Shown: piece after piece, positions 33,856 to 44,394 of the stretch
Numbering within the stretch: the first letter of the stretch is position 1
Layout of the letters: every line of letters starts with the position of its first letter
DNA from: a virus
Virus record (IMG/VR): IMGVR_UViG_3300046810_000166
Location: 29,689-93,688 of that record
Strand: one strand, 5' to 3'
Length of the DNA: 64,000 nucleotides
Program-made: the position numbers and the translations under genes
Notes under the pieces: model-generated
Seen by the model: the letters and a program-made list of their open reading frames with translations, nothing else
The model's database searches: none
What the model was told of the DNA's origin: nothing

Positions 33856-35309
33856 TGCGGCTTGATGCCCTCGCCGGAAGGGGTTTCTTCGCCCCATCCG
33901 GTGGTGGTGTCTTGCGCCCATGGACCGGCGCCAGAGAAGCCCCACAGGCTGACTTCCGGGGCCGGGATCGACAGGGCCGAGTAGTGCACTTCCTCGATCG
34001 CCAGCGAGCCGATTTGCGTGGGCAGGCCCATATCGATCGGCCCGAAGGCCCGGATCTCCTCGATGCCGAAGGTGGCGCGTGCGCCGCTGAAATCCTCGAA
34101 CGACACCGACCCGGCCATCAGGGTGATGATCTCGTTGACCATGCCGAGGTAGATCCGGCCCTCGTAGTCCGACAGGCCGTGTACCGACAGCGTCATGAAG
34201 TCGGGCGGCTGAATCCAGTAGGAGCGCGGCAGCACCGCGTTGATGGCGCCCAGCGGATCGCTATCGGACAGCACCACGTTGGCGCGGCGGATGTTGCGGC
34301 GGGTGGCGTCGAACGAGGACGGGTTGGCCAGCGGGTCGTTGTTGTGCACCGTGATCAGCTGGGCCATCGCGACCTTCCAGTTCACGGCGGACGGCTCGCT
34401 GTCACCGAGGGCGAAGCCGTCGAGGCGGCCGTTCACGTCCGAGAAGGCCTGCAGGCTCATGGTGTGCGTCTGCGCGCTCAGCACCACCGGCTCGATCGTG
34501 GCGTCGACCGACAGGCGCGCATCGAAGCGCGGCGGCGCCACGATGACGCCGGCGGCGCGCGAACGCTCGACCACATTGAGAATTTCGGTCCAGTCCACCT
34601 CCTCGCTGGTGACCGGCTGGATTACGTTGTGGGTCCAGTAGGTGCCATCGGGGATGTGATCGTCGCCGTCGACCTTCGACTGGCTCAGCACGAAGGTGTT
34701 GCGCCATGGCTCATACAGCTCGACCGTGTGGCCGGTGGTGGCCTTGATCGCGTCCTCGATCGCGAGCTTGCTCACGCGCGGGCGCAGGGTTTCGGCGATG
34801 ATGCGCAGCCGGTAGACCTCATCCGGCTCGCCCTCGTTGCGCACCAGCCCGAAGTAGTCGCCCCACACGTCCAGCAGCTCATCGGTGGCGGTGCCGAGGT
34901 ACAGCTGGCGCAGCGCCGTCACCACGTCCTCCTGCGCGTCCTCCAGCACCACCGCGAAGGCGTCCAGCACGGACCACAGCAGCGAATCGTAGGCGCGCAA
35001 GGCGTCGCCGTTCGCGTCCGACTGGCGCGCGCTACCGGCCAGCAGGCTGTCGGCCGCGCGCTGGGCCATATCGAGGTTCAGGTAGACGATCTGGCAGCCA
35101 GCCTCCTCGATCAGGCCGGCCAGCTCGATCATGGTGCGATCGCGCAGCTCGATGGTGACCAGTTCCGCCCCGGCCTCGGTACCGAGCGTCAGCACGCGAT
35201 CGGCGACGCGCCACGTGGCGCGATCCGGGTGCTTGATGCGCAGCGCGATCTGCGCGTTCGGGTTCTTGTCGAAGGCGCTGTAGGTCGACCCGAGCAGGCG
35301 ATCAAGCAT
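33849..35309 (-). CDS. Baseplate wedge protein (gpI-like N-terminal region)
   Basis: LDVWGDYFGL.R..GE.D..YR.RII; follows baseplate J. Confidence 0.7.
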   Translation of the reverse strand: MLDRLLGSTYSAFDKNPNAQIALRIKHPDRATWRVADRVLTLGTEAGAELVTIELRDRTMIELAGLIEEAGCQIVYLNLDMAQRAADSLLAGSARQSDANGDALRAYDSLLWSVLDAFAVVLEDAQEDVVTALRQLYLGTATDELLDVWGDYFGLVRNEGEPDEVYRLRIIAETLRPRVSKLAIEDAIKATTGHTVELYEPWRNTFVLSQSKVDGDDHIPDGTYWTHNVIQPVTSEEVDWTEILNVVERSRAAGVIVAPPRFDARLSVDATIEPVVLSAQTHTMSLQAFSDVNGRLDGFALGDSEPSAVNWKVAMAQLITVHNNDPLANPSSFDATRRNIRRANVVLSDSDPLGAINAVLPRSYWIQPPDFMTLSVHGLSDYEGRIYLGMVNEIITLMAGSVSFEDFSGARATFGIEEIRAFGPIDMGLPTQIGSLAIEEVHYSALSIPAPEVSLWGFSGAGPWAQDTTTGWGEETPSGEGIKPQS

Positions 35310-36405
35310 TGGTCCACTCCACGGTCAGGGCGCCCAGCTTGAGCACTTCGCTGGCGCCGCACAGGATGTTCTCGTTGTTGTCGGCCGATACCTTGAGGAC
35401 GCCGGCCAGCGTCAGCGCCGCGTTGGTGAGCTGGGACACCTGCAGGATCTCGCCGGATGCGATCGCGTCGAACTGCGCGGCCAGCAGGGTGGCGATCTGG
35501 TTCTTCATGGAGGCCGTGCCGGTCAGCCCGGCCATCAGGGTGATGTGCAGCGCCACGTTGACCACGCGCTCGGTCATCGGCAGCACGCGCGCCTCGATGC
35601 CGGCGGCGACGTAGCCCTGCACCGCCGCGCCGTTGGCGTCGCGGTAGCCCTCCACCACGCGCTGCGCGGCCGCCAGCAGGTCATTGGAGGGCACGCCCGA
35701 GGAGCCGTACAGGTAGACATCGACCCGCCCCGGAATCTCGGCCACGCCCACGCGCGACACGTACTCGATCAGCTGGCCGGCGGCATTGGTGATGCGGGCC
35801 TGCTTGACGGCGTAGCGGATCGACTCGCTGGTGCCACGCGACAGGCTGCGGATGAACTCGGCGAAACGCGCCTTGCGCTCGGCCTCGGTCTGGCCATCGT
35901 TGCCGCTGGTGAAGGCCGGGTTGGCGAAGGTCGACCCGCCGGGGAAGGAAAAGCCCTCGGTGCCGGTGATCGCGTCGGCGCCGATGTTGCCCACCGAGCC
36001 CTCGGTGCTGCAGACCACCACCACGTTCGCGCTCATGGCGCCGACCGGCACATCGACGGCGCCGATGCTGGTGAATTTCAGGGCGCCGGCAGCGAAGACA
36101 GTGCCGGCCGGGACCACGAACGGGTCGAGCACCGGGCCGCCGAACTGCACCTGCACGGTGCCGCGCGCGGCGGCCGGGCCGACCAGCTCGAAATCGAAGG
36201 TCTTGTAGATGCTGGTCGGGATCGCATCGAGGGTGCCGGCCAGCATGCGCTGGTACAGCTCCTCCATTTCGATGGCGCCGGCCTCCAGCAGGGTGCGCAC
36301 GGCCGATCCGACATTGAAATCGGTGACCCGGCCCTGCGAGGCCTTCATCTGGTTGATCATGGCCGCCGTAATCGACGCCATGTCCTTGAGCTGGAAGGAC
36401 GACAT
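35302..36405 (-). CDS. Baseplate J/gp47-family protein
   Basis: DFNVGS..RTLLEA, G..GNI...I, G.D.E....RF..FI.SL.RGT. Confidence 0.88.
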   Translation of the reverse strand: MSSFQLKDMASITAAMINQMKASQGRVTDFNVGSAVRTLLEAGAIEMEELYQRMLAGTLDAIPTSIYKTFDFELVGPAAARGTVQVQFGGPVLDPFVVPAGTVFAAGALKFTSIGAVDVPVGAMSANVVVVCSTEGSVGNIGADAITGTEGFSFPGGSTFANPAFTSGNDGQTEAERKARFAEFIRSLSRGTSESIRYAVKQARITNAAGQLIEYVSRVGVAEIPGRVDVYLYGSSGVPSNDLLAAAQRVVEGYRDANGAAVQGYVAAGIEARVLPMTERVVNVALHITLMAGLTGTASMKNQIATLLAAQFDAIASGEILQVSQLTNAALTLAGVLKVSADNNENILCGASEVLKLGALTVEWTNA

Positions 36406-37019
36406 TAAATCACCGTAGAGAAGTTGAGCGGGCGCCCGGAAATGGGCACCACCTTGGCGTCGACGTGCAGCGCGTCACCCACCACCGTGGCCACGCACTC
36501 GGGCACCGTGCCCACGCGCGGGTCTTCCAGCAGCGCGGACCTGACGTACAGCGCTGCCAGCTGGGCCACGGCCGGGCCGAGCTTGCGGCCCTTGAGCTGC
36601 GGCGCGTAGTTGCCGAACTCGGGGTGGTAGGCCAGCTCGCGCTTGGCCACGTCGACGCGGGTTTTCAGGGCCTGCATCAGGTTGTCCATGCCGGCCACCA
36701 GCGCCAGATCGCCGCCGGCGCTCTGCAGCTGGCCGGCGCTGATGCGGATGTCGCGCCCGAACACGCCATCGGGGTCGGCCGACGCGCTCACGAAGGCATT
36801 GGCGGCCGGGATCTTGATCAGGTCACCGGCCACCAGCACGCCCTCGGCGCGCTCGGCCTCGGTCTTGACGATGTATGGCGGGCGCAGGCCGTTCAGGATG
36901 GCCAGATCGGCCCACACGGCAGCGGTGCCCAGCTCGCGCAGCGCGATGCGGCGCAGGTCGTCGCCAAAGCGGACCTCAGACAGCCGGACGCTGGGCGCCT
37001 GTTTTTCAAACGTAGGCAA
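36405..37019 (-). CDS. Baseplate wedge gp25-like protein with LysM-like N-terminus
   Basis: GDDLRRIA..ELG...W..LA.LN.L..P; NL.QAL..R...HPEFG...DPRV; TTG start inferred. Confidence 0.75.
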   Translation of the reverse strand: MPTFEKQAPSVRLSEVRFGDDLRRIALRELGTAAVWADLAILNGLRPPYIVKTEAERAEGVLVAGDLIKIPAANAFVSASADPDGVFGRDIRISAGQLQSAGGDLALVAGMDNLMQALKTRVDVAKRELAYHPEFGNYAPQLKGRKLGPAVAQLAALYVRSALLEDPRVGTVPECVATVVGDALHVDAKVVPISGRPLNFSTVI

Positions 37020-38208
37020 CGGACGCCCCCATGATCTTGGTTTGCGCGGCGCCGGCGATCGCCTTGTCCACGGCATCCGAGGAAATGCTGGCGCCGCCAG
37101 CGATCGCGTTCAGCATGCCGGCCACGTCCACCATCGGCGGCGGCGCCAGCACATCGACGGCGGCCAAGCTGGCCACGGCCGACTCGGCCTGCGCGCTCAT
37201 GGTGACGGGCGAGGCCGAGGCCGGGAACAGCTGCGGGAAGACGTTGGTGTCGGCGAATTCCGAGGCTGGGCGGCCAAACGAGGTCGAGGAGCAGTTCGAG
37301 GCGCCGTACAGGCTCGTATAGTCCGGCAGCATGTCCGGGCCCTTGATCGCATTGCTCAGCAGGCAGTGGGCGTTGTTCAGGGCGGACTTCACCTCCAGAA
37401 TGTCGCGCTTGACCGACAGCGGCAGGCCCTTGATCGAGGCCGCGATGCCCATCACGTTCGTGGACACCTTGGTCAGATCCTGCGTGATCTCCATCACCGG
37501 CTCCAGCGCGCTGTGGACCACGTTGTGGCCGGCGGCGGTCAGCTTGCGCACGCTATCGAGCCCGCTGGCGGTCAGCGCCAGCACGCCGCCCACGCCGGCC
37601 TTGAGCGGGCCCAGCGCGGTGGCCACGCCGCCCTTGAGGTTGGCGGCGAACTGGTTGATCTTGTCGATCGAGCGGTCCAGCGAGGACTTGGCAGCGCCCA
37701 AATTGCGCTTGCTCTCGGCCTGCAGTACCACGTCATCGGCCAGCTTGACCATGGCGATGCGATACTGCGACAGCAGAGGACGCGCGCGGTTGCGGCGCAG
37801 GTCGAACACCTGCGGGGCGACCACCCATGCGAATTCATCCAGCCCATCGGAGAAGATCAGCTTGATGCCATCCGGGTCTTTGCCCTCGGCGGCGACCTCC
37901 GCGCGCAGCTGGTGGAAGCGCTCGAACACGGTTTCATGCAGCTGCAGGAAGTGCTCGAAGCCATCCGGCAGGTTGCCGGCGCCCCAGCCGGTATGCCCCG
38001 AGATCGTGCAGGTGGCCAGCCCGGCGCCGCTGATGTCGGCCCACGCGCCGCCAAGGGTCTGCACCACGGCCATGTTGGACGGCTCCGAACGCGCCAGATC
38101 CTCCGGGCGGATCGCGAGCTGGAAAATGTCGGGCGCATCGCCCCGCACGGTGTCATGCAGGACGAAGGCGATTGGGCGGACGCTGGCGCGCTGGTCGGTC
38201 TTTGGCAT
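37006..38208 (-). CDS. Baseplate hub / tube-initiator-like protein
   Basis: IRPE.L...P....QTLGG.W.D..G.G....ISG.TGW; synteny. Confidence 0.65.
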   Translation of the reverse strand: MPKTDQRASVRPIAFVLHDTVRGDAPDIFQLAIRPEDLARSEPSNMAVVQTLGGAWADISGAGLATCTISGHTGWGAGNLPDGFEHFLQLHETVFERFHQLRAEVAAEGKDPDGIKLIFSDGLDEFAWVVAPQVFDLRRNRARPLLSQYRIAMVKLADDVVLQAESKRNLGAAKSSLDRSIDKINQFAANLKGGVATALGPLKAGVGGVLALTASGLDSVRKLTAAGHNVVHSALEPVMEITQDLTKVSTNVMGIAASIKGLPLSVKRDILEVKSALNNAHCLLSNAIKGPDMLPDYTSLYGASNCSSTSFGRPASEFADTNVFPQLFPASASPVTMSAQAESAVASLAAVDVLAPPPMVDVAGMLNAIAGGASISSDAVDKAIAGAAQTKIMGASVAYV

Positions 38209-38214
38209 GAACCC

Positions 38215-38230
38215 ATGGTGGAGTCACGAC
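38215..38230 (-). promoter_or_regulatory. Late promoter motif (leaderless)
   Basis: GTCGTGAC-tc-CACCAT; ATG at 38208. Confidence 0.7.
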
Positions 38231-38252
38231 CGACCAGCCGGGAAGCCCTTGA

Positions 38253-39074
38253 TCAGCCCGGCGGGCCGGACTTGTCAGTGCCCGCCTTCACCAGCATGTG
38301 CTTATGGCTGATCAGCGAAATGCCGCCGCCGACCACATCGTCATGCGCCGTGACGCCAGCGCCCACATCGACACCTTCGCCCACCGTCAGGCCTCCATCG
38401 ATCGTCACGTTCCCGGTAAAGCGGGAACTCGCCGCATCGACCAGCGCCGATGGCGCCTTGATGCTGGCGGCGCCGCCAGCGTTGACCGTGACCTTGCCTT
38501 CGATGTCTGCCTGCAGGTCGGCCTTGCTGGTGATCGTGATTTTCCCGTCCGGCGCAATGTCAACCGCCGCTACGCCACCGGCCTGTTCGATGTGGATATG
38601 CACCTTCTGGTCGCGGTTCCGGCGCGGGGTGAACTTCCGGTGGTAGTCCTTGCCGGTCAGATCCTCATGCGCCGCGCTGGTGCCGATGCGCACGTAGGCG
38701 CCGGACGGGTGAAACCATTCGGCGTTCGCCTTCCCGTCCACCGTGTGGTAGAAGTCCGAGGGCGTGCGGTCCATCACCCGGTCATGGTCGGCGAACATCA
38801 GCTCGGAATCGGCCGGCTGCAGGAAGCCCTGCACCACCGGCACGCCGTCATAGTAGGCCACGCAGGCGATCAGCGCGCGCTCGCCGGCGGCCGGTACCGC
38901 GAGCGGGTTGGCGCCATTCTGGCCATCAGGGATCGCCTGCCCCACCCTGCCCGAGCTGGTGCTGGCGTGGGCGCCCATGACGCGCACGCCCGGCACGCGC
39001 CGGTTGTCGGCCAAGAACAGCAGGTCGACCTTGTTGGTTTCCGGGTGGTAGGCGGTGACGCGGGCGAGGTTCAT
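38253..39074 (-). CDS. Baseplate spike (gpV/gp45-like)
   Basis: OB-fold N-terminus, beta-helix repeats, terminal SL..HKH..V..G...SGPP iron-binding tip. Confidence 0.85.
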   Translation of the reverse strand: MNLARVTAYHPETNKVDLLFLADNRRVPGVRVMGAHASTSSGRVGQAIPDGQNGANPLAVPAAGERALIACVAYYDGVPVVQGFLQPADSELMFADHDRVMDRTPSDFYHTVDGKANAEWFHPSGAYVRIGTSAAHEDLTGKDYHRKFTPRRNRDQKVHIHIEQAGGVAAVDIAPDGKITITSKADLQADIEGKVTVNAGGAASIKAPSALVDAASSRFTGNVTIDGGLTVGEGVDVGAGVTAHDDVVGGGISLISHKHMLVKAGTDKSGPPG

Positions 39075-40549
39075 GCGGTGCCTTTCATGTTGCGCTCGGA
39101 CTGGTATTGCGCATCCTGACGCTGGGCGCGCGCGGCGAAGCCGGTGCCGCGCTCGAACGACACCGAGGTCTTGAACGGGCCGAAGGGCACGAAGGAATGG
39201 GTGACGGCGGTGACGTAGTGCAGGGATGGATCGCCACCGCCGAAGGCCGCGCGCACGTAGCCGCCCCGGCGCACGCGCTCGTTGCCGGCGATCGTCATCT
39301 GGCCATCCTCCAGCACCGCGTTATCCTTGTTCTGCTCGGCGAGGATGCGGCGGCGCTCGGTCAGCCATGCGATCAGGCGGTCGGTTTCCACCTTCGATTC
39401 CGGCACCTGCAGCGCGTCACCGTACTGGCCGCCCGGCGGCCCGAGGGCGCTGGACACCTCCATCTTGCGGAAGCCGAAGCGCGCCGCGCTGGCGTTCTCG
39501 TATTCCATCAGCGCGTAATCGTCCTTGTTACCGGCGGCCGCCAGCTGGCTGACCTCGATCGTGTCGCGGATCTGCCAGCCGAAGTTGTTGACCCAAAAGT
39601 AATTGGCCACGCCGGCGTCGGTGCGCCCTTCGCTGATGCTCTCGATGTCGACGGCAGGCACGTCCACGATCGAGGCCAGCCAGTCCTCCAGCGCCGCGTC
39701 GGTTTCTTGGATCAGGTGGCCGTGCAGGTCGACAAAGCGGTTCGGCCGGATCACCAGCACCGAGGTGGTGTCGCGGTCGTCCACGAACATTTCGTTGAAG
39801 GCGCCCACGTCGAGGAACTGGCTCAGGAAGCTGCGCACGCTGCCATCGTTGAACAGCGCCACCGACAGCGGCGACACGGTGCCCTCGATCGTCACCTCGG
39901 CCTCCAGCTGGACCAGCACCTGCGCGCCGACGATCACGCCGGTCGAGTTGCGGGTCAGGCGCGCAATGAACGGGTTGATCACCTTGTCCAGCACCAGCTC
40001 GGCGAACTCCTTGGCGCTCATGATCTTGGCGTCGCTCAGGCTGGCATATTTCTCGAAGAATCCCAGCTCGGTCAGGATGTTGTCGCCCACCACCGAGTTG
40101 TTCAGGTAGTAGATGCGGATGATGTCGAGGATCTTGGAAAAGTCGCTGCCGGCCAAGTGCACGCGGCGGTGCGGATGGCCGCCCATGTTCGAGCGCGTGC
40201 GGTCGATCGAGGACACGAAGCCGCGCAGCACCACCGGCAGCCCGCTGTGGCCGTATTCGTGCGGAGAGCGCGCCATGCGGATCTCGATGATGTCGTTGGC
40301 CTCGATCATCGCGTACAGCGTTTCCCCCTCGTCCGGCATCATGCGGTCGACCAGCGTGAGGCTCCACGACCCGGCGCCACCCAGCTGCTGGCGGATGGTG
40401 ACGGGCTCGCCCTCGGCGAGGTAGGGCGTCAGGTCGATCCCGGTGATCTCGCCGTAGCGCGCGGCCACCGGCACGCCGGGCACCAGCTCGGTGCGGCGTG
40501 CGGTCTTGATCAGGCGGACCTCGATCTGCGGGCTGTAGGTGCGGATCAT
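39071..40549 (-). CDS. Baseplate hub protein
   Basis: Position after the tape measure; G...I.GNE.VR.G.Y...YV..V.H.F....T...RG. Confidence 0.7.
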   Translation of the reverse strand: MIRTYSPQIEVRLIKTARRTELVPGVPVAARYGEITGIDLTPYLAEGEPVTIRQQLGGAGSWSLTLVDRMMPDEGETLYAMIEANDIIEIRMARSPHEYGHSGLPVVLRGFVSSIDRTRSNMGGHPHRRVHLAGSDFSKILDIIRIYYLNNSVVGDNILTELGFFEKYASLSDAKIMSAKEFAELVLDKVINPFIARLTRNSTGVIVGAQVLVQLEAEVTIEGTVSPLSVALFNDGSVRSFLSQFLDVGAFNEMFVDDRDTTSVLVIRPNRFVDLHGHLIQETDAALEDWLASIVDVPAVDIESISEGRTDAGVANYFWVNNFGWQIRDTIEVSQLAAAGNKDDYALMEYENASAARFGFRKMEVSSALGPPGGQYGDALQVPESKVETDRLIAWLTERRRILAEQNKDNAVLEDGQMTIAGNERVRRGGYVRAAFGGGDPSLHYVTAVTHSFVPFGPFKTSVSFERGTGFAARAQRQDAQYQSERNMKGTA

Positions 40550-43413
40550 CAGCGCACCCCCGCCGGACGCGGGCCACCACCCACCTGCAGGCGCACAGGA
40601 TCGGCCATGGCGGCGCCGCTCTTGTCGCGCAGGGTGATGCTGACCTCTTGCACCGGCAGCGCGCCAGCGCCCGCCTGCGTGGCCTTGGCGCCGGCCGGCA
40701 GCGGCGTGGCGCCGAATTTCTCGGCCGTGTTGATGGCGCCCAGCAGACTGCCGTTGTAATTCTTGTCAGTGGCATACCCGGATTCACTGACGCGGCGCGC
40801 AAAGTCCGCCTTGGAATCCGCATCCTTGACCCCGAAGAAGCGCCAGCTGTTCATCAGGTCGCCGTAGTCGTTTGCGAACTCGTCGGTGTTCTTGTAGGTG
40901 CGGAATCGCGACGGCACCATGTGCATGGTGCCATCCGGGTACTGCTCGGGCGCGTTGAACACCTTGCCGTTCTTGCCGCCCTTGATATTGCCGAGGTTGT
41001 TGGTGCCCTTGAGCACCTTCTTTCCCCAGCCGGTTTCGAGGCCCCACTGGCCCTGAATCCATTCCGGCTTGATTTTGCCGCCCATCTTCGCCGCCGCGAT
41101 CTCGGCCGCGCGCCGGGTCTTGCGCATGAACTCGGCCGGGTCGCCAGAGAACGATTCCATTTCGGCGGGGAGTGCGCCGGCCGCGACCGGGCCGACATTC
41201 GTGGGGCCGACCTTGTCGCCGGCATCGGCGAGCTGGGCGTTGATCTTGTCGCGATATTCCTGCGTGTAGGCGCCCCGGTTGCCGTTCACCTTGTCGGCCT
41301 CGGCTTTCAGCCGGTTATAGCGCTCGGCGGTATTGTTGCCGATCTTGCCGAGGTCGTCATCGAGCGCAGAGGATGCCTTGGTCGAGTTGCCGAACGTGTC
41401 GTTGTAGTTGGCGCCGAAGCGGTTGGCCAGCGACGTGATCCCTTCGCGGATCGAGTTGGTCAGCGGGATCAGCTTGGTGGCCACGTCGTTCGCCAAGTTC
41501 TCCATGTTGACCATGTTCTTGCGCGACTCGTCGCCGGCGGTCATTTCCATGTTATAGCGGCCGGCCAGCTTCATCAGGGCGTGTTTCAGCTCCTCGTTGC
41601 CCACGCCCGGCGCCGCTTCCGCCTTCTTGAGCTCGCGGTCATCGTCGGACGACAGGCCCTGCGTGCGAAACCATGCCGCCTTGCTCTTGAGCTGGGACGA
41701 GTCGCCGTACTCGATGTCCAGCATGTTGCGCATCGAGGTGCCGTTCAGCTTGGTGGGGTCGACGCCGTATTTGTCCTTGATGCTGAGCATGGTCTGGCTC
41801 AGGTTGCCGCCGTGCAGCGCCACAGTCTGCTGCAGCGCCGCCGCGTGCGAGTCGTTCAGGCCAAACAGGCCCATCATGTTCTTGCGCTGCAGGTCCGAGC
41901 TCATGCCGGACATTTGACCCATGGCGAGGTCGAAGAAGGTGCGATCGCCGCCCTGCTTGGCCAGCTTGTCGTAGCGCGCCTGCGTGGCCGGGTCGGCGGC
42001 CTGATAGGCGGCGCCGTCCTTGCCGAATACGCTGCTGGCCGTGGCGAACATGCCCTTGTCCTGCATGAAGCCCATGTCCACAGCGGTCATGCCCGGCATC
42101 GCCTTCTGCAGGGCGCCCAGCAGGAAATTGCGCTGCGCCTCGCCGCCGCCATGGCGGAACGAGTTGTCGACCGTGCCCAGCATGCTGGCGGCGCCATTCG
42201 GATCGAGGCCGGCCTGTTTCAGGTTGAGCAGGTTGCCCAGCGCGCCGATATAGCCCTCGCTATTGGCCGGGCTCAGCGAGGCGCTGGTGGCCAGCTTGGT
42301 GTAGTTCTCGACGGCGGCCATGACCTCGTCGGCCTTCGAGAACACGCCGGCACGCGCCACTGCCTCGCCGATCAGCATGGCGAAGCGCTTGTTGTCGGCG
42401 TCGCCGCCGCTGACCTTGTTGTGGCGCAGCGCACCGAACAGGCCGGCGCTGGCCTCCGGGTCGATGCCCATGACGCGCGAGAAGTTGCCGGCGGTCATCA
42501 GCTCCTTGCGGAACGCGCTGGAGCCGATGCCGTCCGCCCCCGAGGCGTGCAGGTAGGTGCCGGCCATCTTGGCGCCATCGCCGAAGGACAGGTCGAGATT
42601 CTTGGAGGCAGTGCGCACGGAATCGCGCAGCTGGTCGAAGGTGCTGCTGGTCGCGCCCATCTTGCGCAGCATGTCCGAGTAGGCCACCTGCTCATCCTCG
42701 GCCGAACCGATCTTGGCGCGCGCCGCGCCGATGCCGCGCGCGATCCCATAGGCGCCCACGGCAAGCGCACCGCCACCGAGCAGGCGGGCCATGCCCATGC
42801 GCGAGAACACGCCGCCAGCACCACCACCAGCGGCCGCCTGCGCGGCGATCTGCTGCGCGAGGCCACCGCCGGCGCCGAAGCCGCCCGCCACCGTGCTGGC
42901 AGCGCCACCGAAGGCGCGGCGCATGAAGGCGCCGAAGCCGGGCGAGCCACCACCCGGCAGGGCTACGTCGCCCATGCCCATCTGGCGCATCAGGTCTTGG
43001 AATTGACGCCGGGATGCCGTTTCGTTGTTGGCCATGTTGCGCCAGCCGCCGCCCAGCAGCGAGTCGAAGCTGGTGCCGGCCAAGCGCCGGCGCATCGCTG
43101 GGCTGGCGGTGTTGTCGCGCCAGTAGTCGTAATCCTTGACGCGCTCGCCGGCGTCGTGCGTGGACACCCGGCTGCCCAGCTTGGCCAGCTCGGCCTGCGC
43201 GCGCTTGGCGCGCTCCAGCTGCTCGGCGACCTTCTTGGCTGCCAGCGAGGCCTTGTCCATGCCGTTGCCGAGCTGCGAGCCGACGCCGGTGGCGGCCTGC
43301 TGCAGCTGCTTGGCGCTCTGCGTGACCTTGTTGACGCCGCTGGCCATCGCATCGGTGGCCTGTTGGAAGCCAGAAGGGTCCGCGCTGATGGGGATCTTAA
43401 TTCCGCCGGTCAT
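40549..43413 (-). CDS. Tape measure protein with C-terminal GH73 (FlgJ-like) glucosaminidase
   Basis: Ala/Gly-rich helical body; QW.LETGWG...NNL.NIKG...FR.Y....GYATD..Y. Confidence 0.85.
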   Translation of the reverse strand: MTGGIKIPISADPSGFQQATDAMASGVNKVTQSAKQLQQAATGVGSQLGNGMDKASLAAKKVAEQLERAKRAQAELAKLGSRVSTHDAGERVKDYDYWRDNTASPAMRRRLAGTSFDSLLGGGWRNMANNETASRRQFQDLMRQMGMGDVALPGGGSPGFGAFMRRAFGGAASTVAGGFGAGGGLAQQIAAQAAAGGGAGGVFSRMGMARLLGGGALAVGAYGIARGIGAARAKIGSAEDEQVAYSDMLRKMGATSSTFDQLRDSVRTASKNLDLSFGDGAKMAGTYLHASGADGIGSSAFRKELMTAGNFSRVMGIDPEASAGLFGALRHNKVSGGDADNKRFAMLIGEAVARAGVFSKADEVMAAVENYTKLATSASLSPANSEGYIGALGNLLNLKQAGLDPNGAASMLGTVDNSFRHGGGEAQRNFLLGALQKAMPGMTAVDMGFMQDKGMFATASSVFGKDGAAYQAADPATQARYDKLAKQGGDRTFFDLAMGQMSGMSSDLQRKNMMGLFGLNDSHAAALQQTVALHGGNLSQTMLSIKDKYGVDPTKLNGTSMRNMLDIEYGDSSQLKSKAAWFRTQGLSSDDDRELKKAEAAPGVGNEELKHALMKLAGRYNMEMTAGDESRKNMVNMENLANDVATKLIPLTNSIREGITSLANRFGANYNDTFGNSTKASSALDDDLGKIGNNTAERYNRLKAEADKVNGNRGAYTQEYRDKINAQLADAGDKVGPTNVGPVAAGALPAEMESFSGDPAEFMRKTRRAAEIAAAKMGGKIKPEWIQGQWGLETGWGKKVLKGTNNLGNIKGGKNGKVFNAPEQYPDGTMHMVPSRFRTYKNTDEFANDYGDLMNSWRFFGVKDADSKADFARRVSESGYATDKNYNGSLLGAINTAEKFGATPLPAGAKATQAGAGALPVQEVSITLRDKSGAAMADPVRLQVGGGPRPAGVR

Positions 43414-43725
43414 TGATCACTTCCTCGAATTCATCTTCTGGTTGCGGGGCCGGCTGGCCCTGCTCCTCAACGCCAAACAGCTCATCGATGTTATCCACGT
43501 TCTCATCGAAGTTTTCGTCCACCACCTCGTTCGGCACGCCGTTCTCGGCATAGTGGTGGCTCAGGTAGATCGCGATGACCTGCTCATCGTCCAGCGCGAG
43601 CCAGCGCGGATCAGTCGGCAGCACCCGGTAGTGATTCCGCACCCAAAACTGCATCGTCTTGTGCGTCGCCCGCGCCTGCTGCGACGCCCGCTTGTGCTGC
43701 GCCTGCAGTTCCTTGGGCGACTCGA
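43397..43725 (-). CDS. Tail assembly chaperone frameshift extension (gpT-like)
   Basis: +1 frame opens just before TCCTTTCGA and has strong GC3 bias; directly precedes the tape measure. Confidence 0.65.
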
Positions 43726-44045
43726 AAGGAGTCTAATTTTTCCTTCAAGGCCACATACAGGTTGAAGATCACGGCTTCCTTGTCCGGGTCTTCGCTCAGG
43801 TCCATTTCCTCCAGATCCTCCCAGCCGGGCGGGCAGTCGACCATCAGGGCGTTGTAGCAGCCCACCAGATCGGCATGCGTGCGCATCACGGCGTCCTGCT
43901 CGACCGAGCCGCCATTCGGGCCGAGGATGCGCGCCACGGTGGCGTCGATCCTGATCTGCGCGCCGTAGTGCTTGCGGTTGAAGCGGAAGGTGCCGGCACC
44001 GTCCACCACGATCTCGAAGTTATTCTTCCTTGCGGGGTTTTTCAT
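43611..44045 (-). CDS. Tail assembly chaperone (gpG-like)
   Basis: Position upstream of the tape measure; contains the slippery site. Confidence 0.7.
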   Translation of the reverse strand: MKNPARKNNFEIVVDGAGTFRFNRKHYGAQIRIDATVARILGPNGGSVEQDAVMRTHADLVGCYNALMVDCPPGWEDLEEMDLSEDPDKEAVIFNLYVALKEKLDSFRVAQGTAGAAQAGVAAGAGDAQDDAVLGAESLPGAAD

Positions 44046-44062
44046 AGGATTTTGCAGTGAAG

Positions 44063-44365
44063 TTAATATGAAGAATTGCCACGAATCCGGGCCGCGCGGG
44101 CGCGCTTTTCCCAATCCTCGGCGCATTCCTTGCAGCAGAAAACGTCCTCGTTCTCGACGCCCAGCGGCTCGCCGCAGTCGTTGTGACAGGACAGGCCCAG
44201 CGCCTGCACTTCGGGGTCGTCGCGGCCACGCTGGGATGCGAGCGCACGCGCCTCGGCCAGCGCACGGCGCTTGAACTCGATGGGGCTGATGGGGCGACGC
44301 GCTGCCTCGATGTTGGCGGCGCGTTCGACTTCTTCGTAGAGGGTGGCGCGGTCAGTGTCATCCAT
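44063..44365 (-). CDS. TraR/DksA-like C4 Zn-finger protein
   Basis: MDD.DRA...E N-terminus; CxxxC...FCCxEC..DW. Confidence 0.6.
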   Translation of the reverse strand: MDDTDRATLYEEVERAANIEAARRPISPIEFKRRALAEARALASQRGRDDPEVQALGLSCHNDCGEPLGVENEDVFCCKECAEDWEKRARAARIRGNSSY

Positions 44366-44394
44366 GATGGGATTCCGTTACAACATGGAATCCC

